Source: Patescibacteria group bacterium
GTDB lineage: Bacteria > Patescibacteriota > Minisyncoccia > UBA6257 > Colwellbacteraceae
DNA: 64,000 nucleotides
Assembly (NCBI GenBank): GCA_023380475.1
Contig: JAMCRD010000006.1
Location: 2,546-66,545, forward strand
Direction of reading: 5' to 3'
The first letter of the stretch is position 1; each line of letters opens with the position of its first letter. A program made the position numbers and the translations under genes. Under the pieces are notes generated by a model. That model had not been told where the DNA came from. It ran no database searches and saw nothing but the letters and a program-made list of their open reading frames with translations. This document shows, piece after piece, positions 28,659 to 38,509 of the stretch.

Positions 28659-28786
28659 ATCGGTGCGGCTCCGCCGCGTCGGGCGTTTCAGATTTAGCCT
28701 CGGTGGGGGTGTCAAAAACCGTTCGAGCTATCTCAATTGTCCTGCACTACTAATAATCTGCTAATTGAGCATATTATTAGTAGACC

Positions 28787-28858
28787 GTCCCCATAGTTCA
28801 ACGGATAGAACATCTCCCTTCTAAGGAGATGATTGAGGTTCGATTCCTCATGGGGACA
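28787..28858 (+). tRNA. tRNA-Arg(TCT)
   Basis: GTCCCCA/TGGGGAC acceptor stem, TCTCC-CTTCTAA-GGAGA anticodon arm. Confidence 0.93.
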
Positions 28859-28859
28859 C

Positions 28860-28930
28860 CGGGCTGTAGTGTAATGGTAGCACGAGTCTTTTGGGAAGAT
28901 TTAGTCCGAGTTCGAATCTCGGCAGCCCGA
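28860..28930 (+). tRNA. tRNA-Pro(TGG)
   Basis: CGGGCTG/CAGCCCG acceptor stem, TTTGGGA anticodon loop, AGTTCGAATC; no encoded CCA. Confidence 0.92.
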
Positions 28931-28961
28931 CAAAATAAAGTAGACCCATCTAGGTTAATAA

Positions 28962-28990
28962 AAGCCCACCTTTATCTATTTGGTGGGCTT
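28962..28990. terminator. Hairpin between the tRNA cluster and a convergent gene
   Basis: AAGCCCACC...GGTGGGCTT. Confidence 0.55.
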
Positions 28991-28995
28991 ACTGC

Positions 28996-29331
28996 CTATG
29001 CTTCTTGAACGCCGTGAATGTCGGCTGACCTTTCGAGTATAACCCCAGGCAATTTCTTTGAGGTAATTACAGTCTTGGTCTGACCTTCACTAGACGTTAA
29101 CACTTCGCCTTTTAGCCCCAGATATATACCTTCTGCACAGCCCCAGCAAAACAGATCGCCGCAATCATAACCCTGAGCACCCCTATGTTGAGTGTGGTAG
29201 CTAAAACGGTTCCCTGACCTGCTGGTGTGGTAGCTGCACATGTTGATACCACAACCGCTGCACCTATCGAGGGCCCTATTATCACAACCCTTAACCTGGC
29301 ATTTGCCGTCTCTTGGCTCTGGAAGTGACAT
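28996..29331 (-). CDS. Cys/His-rich putative zinc-finger protein
   Basis: C-x4-C, CxxC, CxxH and C-x4-CxxC pattern in 111 aa. Confidence 0.6.
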   Translation of the reverse strand: MSLPEPRDGKCQVKGCDNRALDRCSGCGINMCSYHTSRSGNRFSYHTQHRGAQGYDCGDLFCWGCAEGIYLGLKGEVLTSSEGQTKTVITSKKLPGVILERSADIHGVQEA

Positions 29332-29445
29332 ATGCGATATGTATTTAAAAAAACAGGAAGATTGCCCGTGAAGGCAACCCGCTCAATTTTTCTTGAACTG
29401 GATTACCTCGACTAGTAATCTTACCTAGAAAATACTATAAAATTG

Positions 29446-30075
29446 CTATTTTGTCAATGAGTCAAATTGATTCATCAACGATAAATACTGCTTATTTAGG
29501 GAGTTTACCGATTGCGCATCGCTATTCAGTTGATCGACTATCTTGTTTAATTCTGCATTAAGAGATGCGGTGCTGGTAGCTCCGCCAGTCTGACTTATGT
29601 ACCCCACCTTAAGCTGATCCAGCAACTTGTATATTAGATCGCTGTAATCAACTAGATTTTCTATTATCTGGTACTCCTTGCCTATTGCTTGGACTCCGAT
29701 TTGTTCCGCTGATTCCGGTCTTATTTGATACAGGTCGTTGGCCATCGTGCCAAGTTGGGTCGACAGGATTGAAGCGTTATCACGCTCCTGGTTATTGCTA
29801 TTTATTTCCTGGATTGCGATATCCAGGGCTTTGTTGTAATCACCGGCGTTGTAGGCCGTACTTATATCGTTAAGGTTAGTGATTGAGGTGTCCGCTAAGC
29901 TGACGATGGCGTCGGAGGTTTGTGCAGCCTGAGCCCTGGTAGTTGTGAACTCCTTAGGCACGTAAGGCATACTGTTGTTTAGCGCCTCTGCGCCGTAAAT
30001 TATCCCTATCACTAACAAGATGGCTAAAACCAGTATTATTACTGCGTTCCATCGAGCCGAAGAGCTGTAATACAT
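29446..30075 (-). CDS. Membrane-anchored helical hypothetical protein
   Basis: N-terminal TM, long amphipathic helices. Confidence 0.75.
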   Translation of the reverse strand: MYYSSSARWNAVIILVLAILLVIGIIYGAEALNNSMPYVPKEFTTTRAQAAQTSDAIVSLADTSITNLNDISTAYNAGDYNKALDIAIQEINSNNQERDNASILSTQLGTMANDLYQIRPESAEQIGVQAIGKEYQIIENLVDYSDLIYKLLDQLKVGYISQTGGATSTASLNAELNKIVDQLNSDAQSVNSLNKQYLSLMNQFDSLTK

Positions 30076-30174
30076 CTAAACGGTTATACCCTATTTCTTA
30101 GCGATACACAATTATGTACCTACGACTGGTAAATTCCTATATAGTTTGAACCACTATCGGTATAGAACATAGGC

Positions 30175-30705
30175 ATGTACAGTGGTACATCTACAAAAGG
30201 AAAATACTCGGGCTACGCAGGAAAAGAAAAAAACTACAGAGAGATTGCTAAGGCGCTTGATGGTTGACTAAACGTAATATTGCAAGAGTCAAAGCCAGAG
30301 AAGATTTTGATCTATCATATACTCCGCTATTCGCCGTGGGTTTAGCAATATATTGGGGAGAGGGCGACAGCAAGCCAAAGAATCCTTTGAGAATATCCAA
30401 CACAGACCCACGGATGATAAAGTTGTACGTCAGGTTTCTCAGAGAAATTATGAAAGTCCCTGACGATAAAATCCGCCTAGGCCTCATACTGTATCCAGAC
30501 CTCGATGATAGAGCAAGTAAGAATTACTGGTCTAAGATAACTAACTTGAAATCAACAATTTTTGTCAAATCTCAGTTTTCAAAGGGCGTCATCCTACAAA
30601 AAACTGCGCCACGGCGTGTGTATGGTTATAGTAAGTGGGTACGAGTACAAGGAGAGGGTTCTAGAATGGATTGATATTTTGTCAAAACGACTTACAATAA
30701 TGTGA
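30175..30705 (+). pseudogene. Disrupted HTH + LAGLIDADG-like gene (YWGEG type)
   Basis: LRRKRKNYREIAKAL fragment then a stop; GLAIYWGEGDSK...ISNTDP core; frameshifted tail HGVCMVIV...LEWID ending TGA at 30705. Confidence 0.7.
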
Positions 30706-30709
30706 GATC

Positions 30710-30780
30710 GCGGGTATCGTATAGCGGTATTACATCTGGTTGCCAATCAGATGACAGGGGTTCGACTCCCCTTACCCGCT
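30710..30780 (+). tRNA. tRNA-Gly(GCC)
   Basis: GCGGGTA/TACCCGC acceptor stem, TTGCCAA anticodon loop, GGTTCGACTCC. Confidence 0.93.
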
Positions 30781-32262
30781 CAAGGTTATTTCTTCTTCAA
30801 CGCCTATATTTTTTATAAAGTCCGCGTCGTGAGATATAACTATCAGCGCGCCTCTGAAATTAGATAGAGCGCTTTCAATTTTTTCGATACTGTCTAGATC
30901 TAAATTATTGGTCGGTTCATCTAAGACAAGGAGTTGCGGCGGTTTTTCTCCAGATAAGATACATGCCAGTGCGGCACGCATCTTTTCCCCGCCGCTTAGT
31001 ACATCGACTTTCTTTATAATATCGCTGTCTCTAAACAAAAATCTGGCGAGCCACTTCCTGGATGCTTCGTTATCAAGCCCAGATATGCGCTCCATGTTGT
31101 TTAGAAGGGTCGCATCCCTAGATAGCCTTACAACATCCTGATCAAGATATGCCACTCTATCTATACCAAGCACGACCCTACCTACCACTGGATTTATTTC
31201 TTTCAAAATTATCTTTACCAGCGTGGTTTTCCCTGAACCGTTCGGCCCGCTTATGGACACCCTTACCGGGCCATAAAGATCAAGATTAAACTTTCTCAAT
31301 ATAGGCTTCGTACCGTAAGAGAAACTCACGTCTTTCAGTGTCGAAACAAGTTTGCCGCTAGGGACTTCTGTTCCGGAAATATCCACTTTTATGCTATTTT
31401 CCGGCGGGATCCTGGCCACAGCTTCCTCCAATGCACGTTTGGCATTGTTCACTCTAATAATATGAGTTAGGTGCAGTTTGGAACTCGTTTTCTCGCTGGT
31501 TTCTTTCATATGACCAAGCTCCAATCTGGACATCCCCAACTTGCCCTTCACCGCCCGTCCACGTCTAACCCTAACTCGCTGTCTTTCCAACATAGCTTCA
31601 GCCTGTTGCTCAGCGAGCTTAAACTTTTCACGCTTTACGGTTACATCCCTAGCAGCTGCTGCGCTCTCCGAATTCTTAATCTCTCTGTATGCAGAGTAGT
31701 TGCCACCGTAAAGCCTTAACCCATTTTCTGATAATTCAAGAATTCTATCCACTAAATTGAGCAGCTGTCGGTCGTGACTAACTACCAGCACGCCGCCACG
31801 CCAGTTCTCTACCAATTTGTAGATCACCTCGCGCGAAGCGCGATCCAGATTGTTGGTAGGCTCATCCAGTATTAGGAACTTCGGTTGCGATGCTATCAGG
31901 CTAGCCAGGACGACTTTCACTCTTTCACCGCCACTTAGGTTCCCAAGTGCGCGATTGGGTTCGATGTGTTTTATACCGAGTTCGGGGAACTTCCCCAAAC
32001 CATTTGCGCCAGCTACATCCAACACCTTCCTCGAAAGATCAACGTGCATATCTTGCGGCAGATAAGCTGTGCGAACCAACCTCTCGATCTTGCCTCTACT
32101 GGGTTCGATTTCGCCGACAAGCAACTTCAGAAAAGTAGTTTTACCCACACCGTTCTTGCCGACCAGGCCTGTTTTCTCACTGTCAAAGCTTGCAGTTATA
32201 TCTCTAAGGATGTAACCCGAACCCGCATCGAATGATATGTTTTTAGCTACTATGTCTGCCAT
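30772..32262 (-). CDS. ABC-F family ATPase
   Basis: Two ABC domains (GKNGVGKT, GPNGSGKT, LSGGE, LDEPTNNLD), no TM. Confidence 0.92.
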   Translation of the reverse strand: MADIVAKNISFDAGSGYILRDITASFDSEKTGLVGKNGVGKTTFLKLLVGEIEPSRGKIERLVRTAYLPQDMHVDLSRKVLDVAGANGLGKFPELGIKHIEPNRALGNLSGGERVKVVLASLIASQPKFLILDEPTNNLDRASREVIYKLVENWRGGVLVVSHDRQLLNLVDRILELSENGLRLYGGNYSAYREIKNSESAAAARDVTVKREKFKLAEQQAEAMLERQRVRVRRGRAVKGKLGMSRLELGHMKETSEKTSSKLHLTHIIRVNNAKRALEEAVARIPPENSIKVDISGTEVPSGKLVSTLKDVSFSYGTKPILRKFNLDLYGPVRVSISGPNGSGKTTLVKIILKEINPVVGRVVLGIDRVAYLDQDVVRLSRDATLLNNMERISGLDNEASRKWLARFLFRDSDIIKKVDVLSGGEKMRAALACILSGEKPPQLLVLDEPTNNLDLDSIEKIESALSNFRGALIVISHDADFIKNIGVEEEITLSG

Positions 32263-32367
32263 TGCTACGGATAAATTGTACGCCGGGTAAGATAGGAGGT
32301 CGATTAGCAGTAATTTACGGGGTTATGTTTTTGGGATATCCTAAGCTGATCGCGTTTTACTCTCCCC

Positions 32368-33852
32368 ATGTGGCAAAAGATAAAGTCCTTCCTTGTTGAG
32401 AACAGAACCACGAAACAGACTGTGGCCAAAAACACTGTCTGGCTTTCTATATCTAATTTTGGCGGCCGTCTTCTCAAGGCGGTTATCGTTATATACGGCG
32501 CGCGAGTTTTAAGCACTGCCGGCTATGGTGTGTTTTCATACGCTGTCACTCTGGCTGGTTTCTTCACGCTGTTCGTTGATCCCGGCATAAACGCTATTTT
32601 GGTACGTGAAGGGTCCAAAGCTTCGCCCGAGGAACGCCAATCTCTGTTCGCAACAACCTTGATCATGAAGGCTGTAGTCCTCGCGTTAAGCGTTGTTGTA
32701 ATCCTAACCGTAGCTCCTTTGTTTTCGATCCTCCCGGGCGCCAAGGCATTGATTCCGTTTATCGCCCTGATAATCGTTTTCGATAGTTCACGTGAGTTCC
32801 TGGCTTCCTTCTTCCGGGCAGGAGAGAAAATGCAGTGGGATGCCGCGTCTTTCTTGATAGAAAACCTTGGCATCGTGGTCTTTGGGTTCATATTCTTAGC
32901 CATCTCTGCCACCCCGCTTTCTTTCACCAAGTCGTACGTCTTAGGTACAGCAGTTGGTGCGCTTGCGGCAGCATGGCTCCTCCGGAGAAATTTCACCAAC
33001 ATACTAGCTGGAGCCTCCGTAAGAAAGATGATCGACATCATAAAGGTAGCGTGGCCGTTCGCCGTGACCAGCGCGCTGGGTATACTTCTTACGAATACCG
33101 ACATTCTTATTATCAGCTGGATGCGGAATGCATCTGACGTGGGTATCTACTCTGCAGCCATACGCATAATCCAGGTGCTGTACATTGTCCCAACCATAAT
33201 TCAATTCAGCACACTGCCCCTCTTGTCCCGCTTAGCCAAACGTGACCCCGATAAGTTCCGCATAGCATTTGAAAGGATAACGTCCTCCATCTTCCTGGTT
33301 TCTATACCTCTCTCCGTCGGCGGCATTATCTTAAGCAATGGGATCATGGGTTTGATATTCGGTCCGGCCTACGCTGGGGGAGGAACCGCTTTTGCAATCC
33401 TGATGCTCGGTTTATCGTTTGACTACACCGCCTGTGTAATAGCCAATGGCATTTTTGCTCACAACCATCAAAAGAGTCTGATTGTATCCTCGGCTATAGG
33501 CGGCTTCGGCAATGTTCTACTCGATCTGCTACTCATCCCGCCATTGGGCATAGTTGGATCATCTATAGCCACACTTCTCGCCCAAATCCTAAGCAATTCC
33601 TACCTCTGGTACGCCATGGGCAAACTAAATAGTTTTCACGTCCTACCTAAGCTTAAAAGGATAGTCGCTGCCAGCTTAGTAATGGCTGCGGTGACATGGT
33701 TGCTGGCGACCTTGCAGGTCAATATCATAGGGAACATAGTCGTTTCCGGAATTGTCTATTCCCTCATGCTGCTGCTGACCAAAGAGCCCCTAGTTAAGGA
33801 GATTAAAGAACTAAGTGGGTTCGCTAATCCCTCCGAGGGAAGCTCTGTCTAG
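32368..33852 (+). CDS. Wzx-type polysaccharide flippase
   Basis: 12-14 TMs, KNTVWL start motif, DVGIYSAAIRI. Confidence 0.88.
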   Translation: MWQKIKSFLVENRTTKQTVAKNTVWLSISNFGGRLLKAVIVIYGARVLSTAGYGVFSYAVTLAGFFTLFVDPGINAILVREGSKASPEERQSLFATTLIMKAVVLALSVVVILTVAPLFSILPGAKALIPFIALIIVFDSSREFLASFFRAGEKMQWDAASFLIENLGIVVFGFIFLAISATPLSFTKSYVLGTAVGALAAAWLLRRNFTNILAGASVRKMIDIIKVAWPFAVTSALGILLTNTDILIISWMRNASDVGIYSAAIRIIQVLYIVPTIIQFSTLPLLSRLAKRDPDKFRIAFERITSSIFLVSIPLSVGGIILSNGIMGLIFGPAYAGGGTAFAILMLGLSFDYTACVIANGIFAHNHQKSLIVSSAIGGFGNVLLDLLLIPPLGIVGSSIATLLAQILSNSYLWYAMGKLNSFHVLPKLKRIVAASLVMAAVTWLLATLQVNIIGNIVVSGIVYSLMLLLTKEPLVKEIKELSGFANPSEGSSV

Positions 33853-35069
33853 ACCGTCCTGGTTATTGCCTCAAACAACTTCCTGAACCGTTCTTGAGAT
33901 AGCTTGTCGGTGTAGCTGGCTGTCACCAGTTCTCTTCCCTTCTCGCTTACTTGGCGGGCATAGGCAGCATCGCTCAATAAGCGGTCTATAGAGTCGACCC
34001 AGCCGACGACGTCATTCACGTCCTTCACTACAATGTTACGACCTTCTTCAACGCCCTCTATTCCAGCTACGCCTAATGGTGTCGTGATGACAGGTATACC
34101 TATGGCCATAGCCTCCAGTATTTTAGTCGGTGTTCCAGCGCCGAAACGTAGCGGAGCAACGAACACGGCTCCAGCAGCAATCACAGTATATGGGTCATCG
34201 ACAAAGCCAGTAAAAGTTACATCCTCGCCGTCCACGAATTTCAGGCTGCCCCTATCGCCGATGACCACCAGCTTCAGCGACGGGTTCCCCTTCTTTATGT
34301 TCGGCCATAATCCTTCCAAGAAAAACCTTACAGCATCGGTGTTAGGTGGGTACTTTAGGTTGCCCATAAAAACCAGTGAATTATTTCCTCGCTTCCAGTG
34401 GTAATTGAGTACTTTAGAATCTATGCCGTGCTTTATATTCTCAAAAGTAAAGTTGTTGCTGAAACCGGTTCGGCTATAGTTGTCCAGAATGTAACGCTTG
34501 TCCCTGGCTGAGGTCACGTTGAAATATTCGAACTCGCTGAGCAATCTGACCTCGTAGTTCTTTATTCTACTTTCTTCGATTGAATATATCGCCCTCCAAA
34601 ATGGGGAGGCAAACCTTTTGCCGTCTTTGTAGTTCAGGGATATTGCGTCGTTAAAGTCCAGAACAATCTTATCCCTACAGACCTTGCTTATCTTTTCAGC
34701 GTACTTGCCTAACCTTATCGTATGAACATATATGGCGTCGTACTGCTCAGCATGGTCCGATAACCATTTTTTGACCTCTCTGAAGTAATAGTAGCCAGTT
34801 TGCATAGGCTTGTTGGAAAAAACAGAAACTAGTGCCCGGAGATAAAACTTCCACTTAGCGTATCGGAACAAGTAAAGCCTGCCGAAGTTATTCCTTAAGT
34901 AACTTGTCTGCGACTCCTTAACGTTGTCATCGGTAACTATGCAAAACTCCAGATCAAATTCTGGTTCCAGCCCCTGGATAATATTATTGAGTATCTTGAA
35001 ACGTGTCCCGTCCACCGGTGGGTATGGCAGGCGCGTCAGAAGAACCAAGATTTTTTTCTTACTGTTCAT
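33849..35069 (-). CDS. Glycosyltransferase family 4
   Basis: PYPPVDG, FMGNLKYPPN, KILEAMAIGIPVITT; start at MNSKKK. Confidence 0.9.
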   Translation of the reverse strand: MNSKKKILVLLTRLPYPPVDGTRFKILNNIIQGLEPEFDLEFCIVTDDNVKESQTSYLRNNFGRLYLFRYAKWKFYLRALVSVFSNKPMQTGYYYFREVKKWLSDHAEQYDAIYVHTIRLGKYAEKISKVCRDKIVLDFNDAISLNYKDGKRFASPFWRAIYSIEESRIKNYEVRLLSEFEYFNVTSARDKRYILDNYSRTGFSNNFTFENIKHGIDSKVLNYHWKRGNNSLVFMGNLKYPPNTDAVRFFLEGLWPNIKKGNPSLKLVVIGDRGSLKFVDGEDVTFTGFVDDPYTVIAAGAVFVAPLRFGAGTPTKILEAMAIGIPVITTPLGVAGIEGVEEGRNIVVKDVNDVVGWVDSIDRLLSDAAYARQVSEKGRELVTASYTDKLSQERFRKLFEAITRTV

Positions 35070-35967
35070 GGCTTGCTTCAGACAACCCCTCATAACCGCC
35101 TTTGAGCCAGGAAAAGATATTGCTAACTTTATTCCCACCTTTGACTATTTGATAAACCCTGAAAGGGGTATAGGCGAAAGTGAATAACAGTACCCCATAT
35201 ATCAGCCATCCAAAAGAAAAGTTCTTCTTTATAAACAAAAAATACGACTTGGCGAGATGGTATAACACATATGGGCTAGTCCTCGTTTCCTCTATATCCT
35301 TAATATCATGGAAAACGGATGCGCCAGGAACATATATCACATTAAACCCGGCTTTCTCAGCGTTAAAGCAAAAATCTAAATCCTCGGCATAGAAGAAGAA
35401 CCTTTCATCAAACAGACCTATCTTTTCAAACACTTCCTTTTTAATAAGCATTGCGCATCCGCTCAAAAAATCGACTTTCCTGGAACGGCCACCGTTGTCC
35501 AAAACCTTGTTCTTATCGAACGAAACTACGCCCATCTTTGCTTTCCGGAAATATCCTCCCCCTTGCCATACCTTTTGTCTGTTGTGAGCATAAAATATCC
35601 GGGGACCGGCAATACCATTGCGCTTATCTGCGTTAATAGCATCCATTAGCTTACCCAATGTGTTTGCCTCGATCTCAGCATCATTATTTACAAGGAACAC
35701 ATATTCCGCACCTTCTTTGAGGGCCTTTCGTATGCCGACATTTACGCCAGCAGCAAATCCTAAATTCCTACCGTTGAAAATGAAATCTGTTTCCGGAAAC
35801 TCTCTCCTTAATCTTTCCCCAGATCCATCGACTGAACCATTATCTACTACGACGACCGAGACATCCTCAGAGCTTACCGAACGGAGCGAAAGGAGACATA
35901 TTTTTACAGCTGCATAACTATTCCAGTTAATGGTGATGATGGTTATGTGTTTATTACTGATTCTCAT
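35059..35967 (-). CDS. Glycosyltransferase family 2 (rhamnosyltransferase-like)
   Basis: VVDNGSVDGS, NLGFAAGVN, LVNND, FDERFFFYAEDLD. Confidence 0.92.
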   Translation of the reverse strand: MRISNKHITIITINWNSYAAVKICLLSLRSVSSEDVSVVVVDNGSVDGSGERLRREFPETDFIFNGRNLGFAAGVNVGIRKALKEGAEYVFLVNNDAEIEANTLGKLMDAINADKRNGIAGPRIFYAHNRQKVWQGGGYFRKAKMGVVSFDKNKVLDNGGRSRKVDFLSGCAMLIKKEVFEKIGLFDERFFFYAEDLDFCFNAEKAGFNVIYVPGASVFHDIKDIEETRTSPYVLYHLAKSYFLFIKKNFSFGWLIYGVLLFTFAYTPFRVYQIVKGGNKVSNIFSWLKGGYEGLSEASHEQ

Positions 35968-36784
35968 AGAAAGCCTTTGGATGCCGGACATTAATTCTCT
36001 TAACGAGGACAGCCCCGTTGCGGCGAGAATTATGGTCCCCCACTTCAACAAGTTCTTCCTTTTTATCCTTCTCAGCTAGTCTCAAATCGGCCGCCTTGAA
36101 ACCATTGAGGTAATGGTAGTGAAACACATGAATATCATCCAAGACAACGATCTTTACACCCAAAATTAGTTCGGCAATAACTTTGAGCAATGGAGTGAGA
36201 AACTTAGAAAAATAAATATAGCGAAGGCCTATGGGTATGTTAATGCCAAGAACCCTTTTTACCAACTTCGGGTGCATCTTATCCTCTCTGTATGAGAACC
36301 AAGAAAAGGACTCATTATTCGGGAATAGATTATGGTGGTAGTTTGGGTACCAGACCCTATCATCCCCAGCATTAACCCTTATCCAATCGGGCTTCTTCCA
36401 GAAATGAAGCGTTGAGAAGAAACAAACAATGTTATCGGAGTCCATTCTCTTAATGAAATCAACGAATGTATCCTCGACACATTCATCGGCATCGATACAA
36501 AGAATGTAATCACCATCGCTCATCCTCATCATGAGTGTCCTTCGACGCGGCTCATCCCACCCCTTGTTATAGATAGAACCATTCTCCTGAGGCCATATGT
36601 ACAACTTGATCCTCGGATCATGGAGCGAAACAACATACTCAATCGTACCGTCGGTCGACCCACCGTCCAAGATAACAATCTCATCGCAAAATTCGAAGAG
36701 ATTTCTAATCGCGATGGGTATGTTATGGATTTCATTCAGCACCATAAGATTTCCGCTTATTCTTATCTTTTTGTGAGTAGCCAT
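35954..36784 (-). CDS. Glycosyltransferase family 2
   Basis: CDEIVILDGGSTDGT, IDADE. Confidence 0.85.
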   Translation of the reverse strand: MATHKKIRISGNLMVLNEIHNIPIAIRNLFEFCDEIVILDGGSTDGTIEYVVSLHDPRIKLYIWPQENGSIYNKGWDEPRRRTLMMRMSDGDYILCIDADECVEDTFVDFIKRMDSDNIVCFFSTLHFWKKPDWIRVNAGDDRVWYPNYHHNLFPNNESFSWFSYREDKMHPKLVKRVLGINIPIGLRYIYFSKFLTPLLKVIAELILGVKIVVLDDIHVFHYHYLNGFKAADLRLAEKDKKEELVEVGDHNSRRNGAVLVKRINVRHPKAFYENQ

Positions 36785-36792
36785 TTTGATGT

Positions 36793-37500
36793 TCACTTTT
36801 TCTTTAGTATGAAGGCTAATTCGGCACAATATTCCGGAAAAGCTTTCCCTATCTCATACAGAGCATCACAATATCCATCAGGAAGCTCCTCCATCTTATG
36901 ATTAGGAAGTGTCTTTAAAAGTAGACCGCCAGTCTTGACTTTTAAAAACCCCGCCTTAGTCACTACACTACTTAGCCTTTCCGAATCGAAGTACCTCTTA
37001 TGTCCGATCTTCTTATCAATGGGACCCAGATCGTAAATGGTTTTTATGAAACCCATTTCTTTCCCAATAAAACGATGTATAGATTTGGCGTTGGGGACAA
37101 TAACCAAAAGCCGCCCCCCCTTAGAGAGAAGGCTCTTCGCCTTCCTCAAAAAAATTAACGGGTTATCTACGTGCTCAAGGATGTCTATGGCTATTATGAG
37201 ATCAAATCGGCGGTTCAGTCTCATATTTTCGACTTTCGAAAGTACAAACTCAAATTTTTTATTATTAAATTTTTTCCTGCTCCGCTTAAGATATTTCTCA
37301 TCAAAATCTACCAATACAATCTTTTTGGCTTTTTCCACTATCCGAGAGCAGTGGGATAGGTCAATAATTACATCGCCAGTACCAGCACCTAAATCTAATA
37401 TGGAATCGATTTTCCTGTGCCCCAAGAAGTCATTAATAAAGAATGCCCTATATCTACTCATCTTGGCATTAAAACCCAGTGCGTACTGATTCTTTGGCAT
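36793..37500 (-). CDS. Class I SAM-dependent methyltransferase
   Basis: ILDLGAGTG, DILEHVDNP, VPNAKSIHR. Confidence 0.9.
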   Translation of the reverse strand: MPKNQYALGFNAKMSRYRAFFINDFLGHRKIDSILDLGAGTGDVIIDLSHCSRIVEKAKKIVLVDFDEKYLKRSRKKFNNKKFEFVLSKVENMRLNRRFDLIIAIDILEHVDNPLIFLRKAKSLLSKGGRLLVIVPNAKSIHRFIGKEMGFIKTIYDLGPIDKKIGHKRYFDSERLSSVVTKAGFLKVKTGGLLLKTLPNHKMEELPDGYCDALYEIGKAFPEYCAELAFILKKK

Positions 37501-37501
37501 C

Positions 37502-38509
37502 TTAGTAAAAGAGCTTACTCCAAAGCTCCCTATCGATTTTCAAATTCTTCTTATACCAATCAAATTCCTTCTTGACGCCATCCGCTATCCAGATCTTTGG
37601 TCTCCAGCCCAATTCTCTCCAGGCTTTTGTATTATCCTGACAAAGATAAAGAAGGTTCCCAGGCAATCTAATTCTACCGTCATTAAGTATCTTTGAGGGT
37701 TTGCCTTCTTTTACATCTTCATATAACACCCTACATCCACTTATTTTCGCTACCATGTGAGCGAGTTCCGAAATAGTCGTTTTTTGAGATGAGGAAACAT
37801 TAAAGATGTGGCTTCCGGGCTTAAGTTCTTTCGACAACAGAATCGCATGAAGCCGAACAACATCTTCCACGTTGCAATAATCACGGACCTCGCTACCTTC
37901 CCCGAAAACTACAATCTTCCTCCTTATTATGCTGTTTTTTATAAAAAGTGTTAAAACCCTCCCGAACCATTCGCGGATACCGTAGATGATTGAGTACCTT
38001 AAACCGATGAAAGGAATCCTAAGTTGATCGGAATAAATTTTTGCCAAAAGCTCGGTGGAATACTTAGAAACGCCGTATATCCAATGCGGATCTATTGGGT
38101 CATCCTCGCTCTGGAGTTCCGATTTAGCCTGACCGTAAACAGCCGCCGATGAAGCATAAATAAAAAGCTTCAGCTTGGGACATTTTTTAGCAAACTCCAT
38201 CATATTCGTCGTACCTATTAAATTAGAGGTTATATCCTCCTGTGGGAAATCTATACATCTAGTGATCTCAAGTTGTGCCGCATGATGATTTATAACGTCG
38301 ATATCGGTCGGAAGTTTGGATATAAAATTTTCGTCGAGAATGTCCCCAAAAATAAACTGGATGTGTTTATCTTTCAATCGGCGGTAAATGTTTTCTATTC
38401 TACCGCTCCTGAAGTTATCCACAACGATAACTTCATGTCCCTGTTTCACGTACATATCAAGAATATTACTGCCAATAAAACCAGCACCTCCCGTAAGTAG
38501 AATCTTCAT
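37502..38509 (-). CDS. NAD-dependent epimerase/dehydratase
   Basis: TGGAGFIGS, ASSAAVYG, YGVSK. Confidence 0.92.
   Translation of the reverse strand: MKILLTGGAGFIGSNILDMYVKQGHEVIVVDNFRSGRIENIYRRLKDKHIQFIFGDILDENFISKLPTDIDVINHHAAQLEITRCIDFPQEDITSNLIGTTNMMEFAKKCPKLKLFIYASSAAVYGQAKSELQSEDDPIDPHWIYGVSKYSTELLAKIYSDQLRIPFIGLRYSIIYGIREWFGRVLTLFIKNSIIRRKIVVFGEGSEVRDYCNVEDVVRLHAILLSKELKPGSHIFNVSSSQKTTISELAHMVAKISGCRVLYEDVKEGKPSKILNDGRIRLPGNLLYLCQDNTKAWRELGWRPKIWIADGVKKEFDWYKKNLKIDRELWSKLFY

Larger units (their letters stand above)
26227..28747. mobile_element. 2.5 kb serine-recombinase integrative element in a tRNA cluster
   Basis: Shared GCAC core at both junctions (26227-26230, 28744-28747); joining the two ends reproduces the internal 27714-27897 sequence in inverse. 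Confidence 0.85.
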
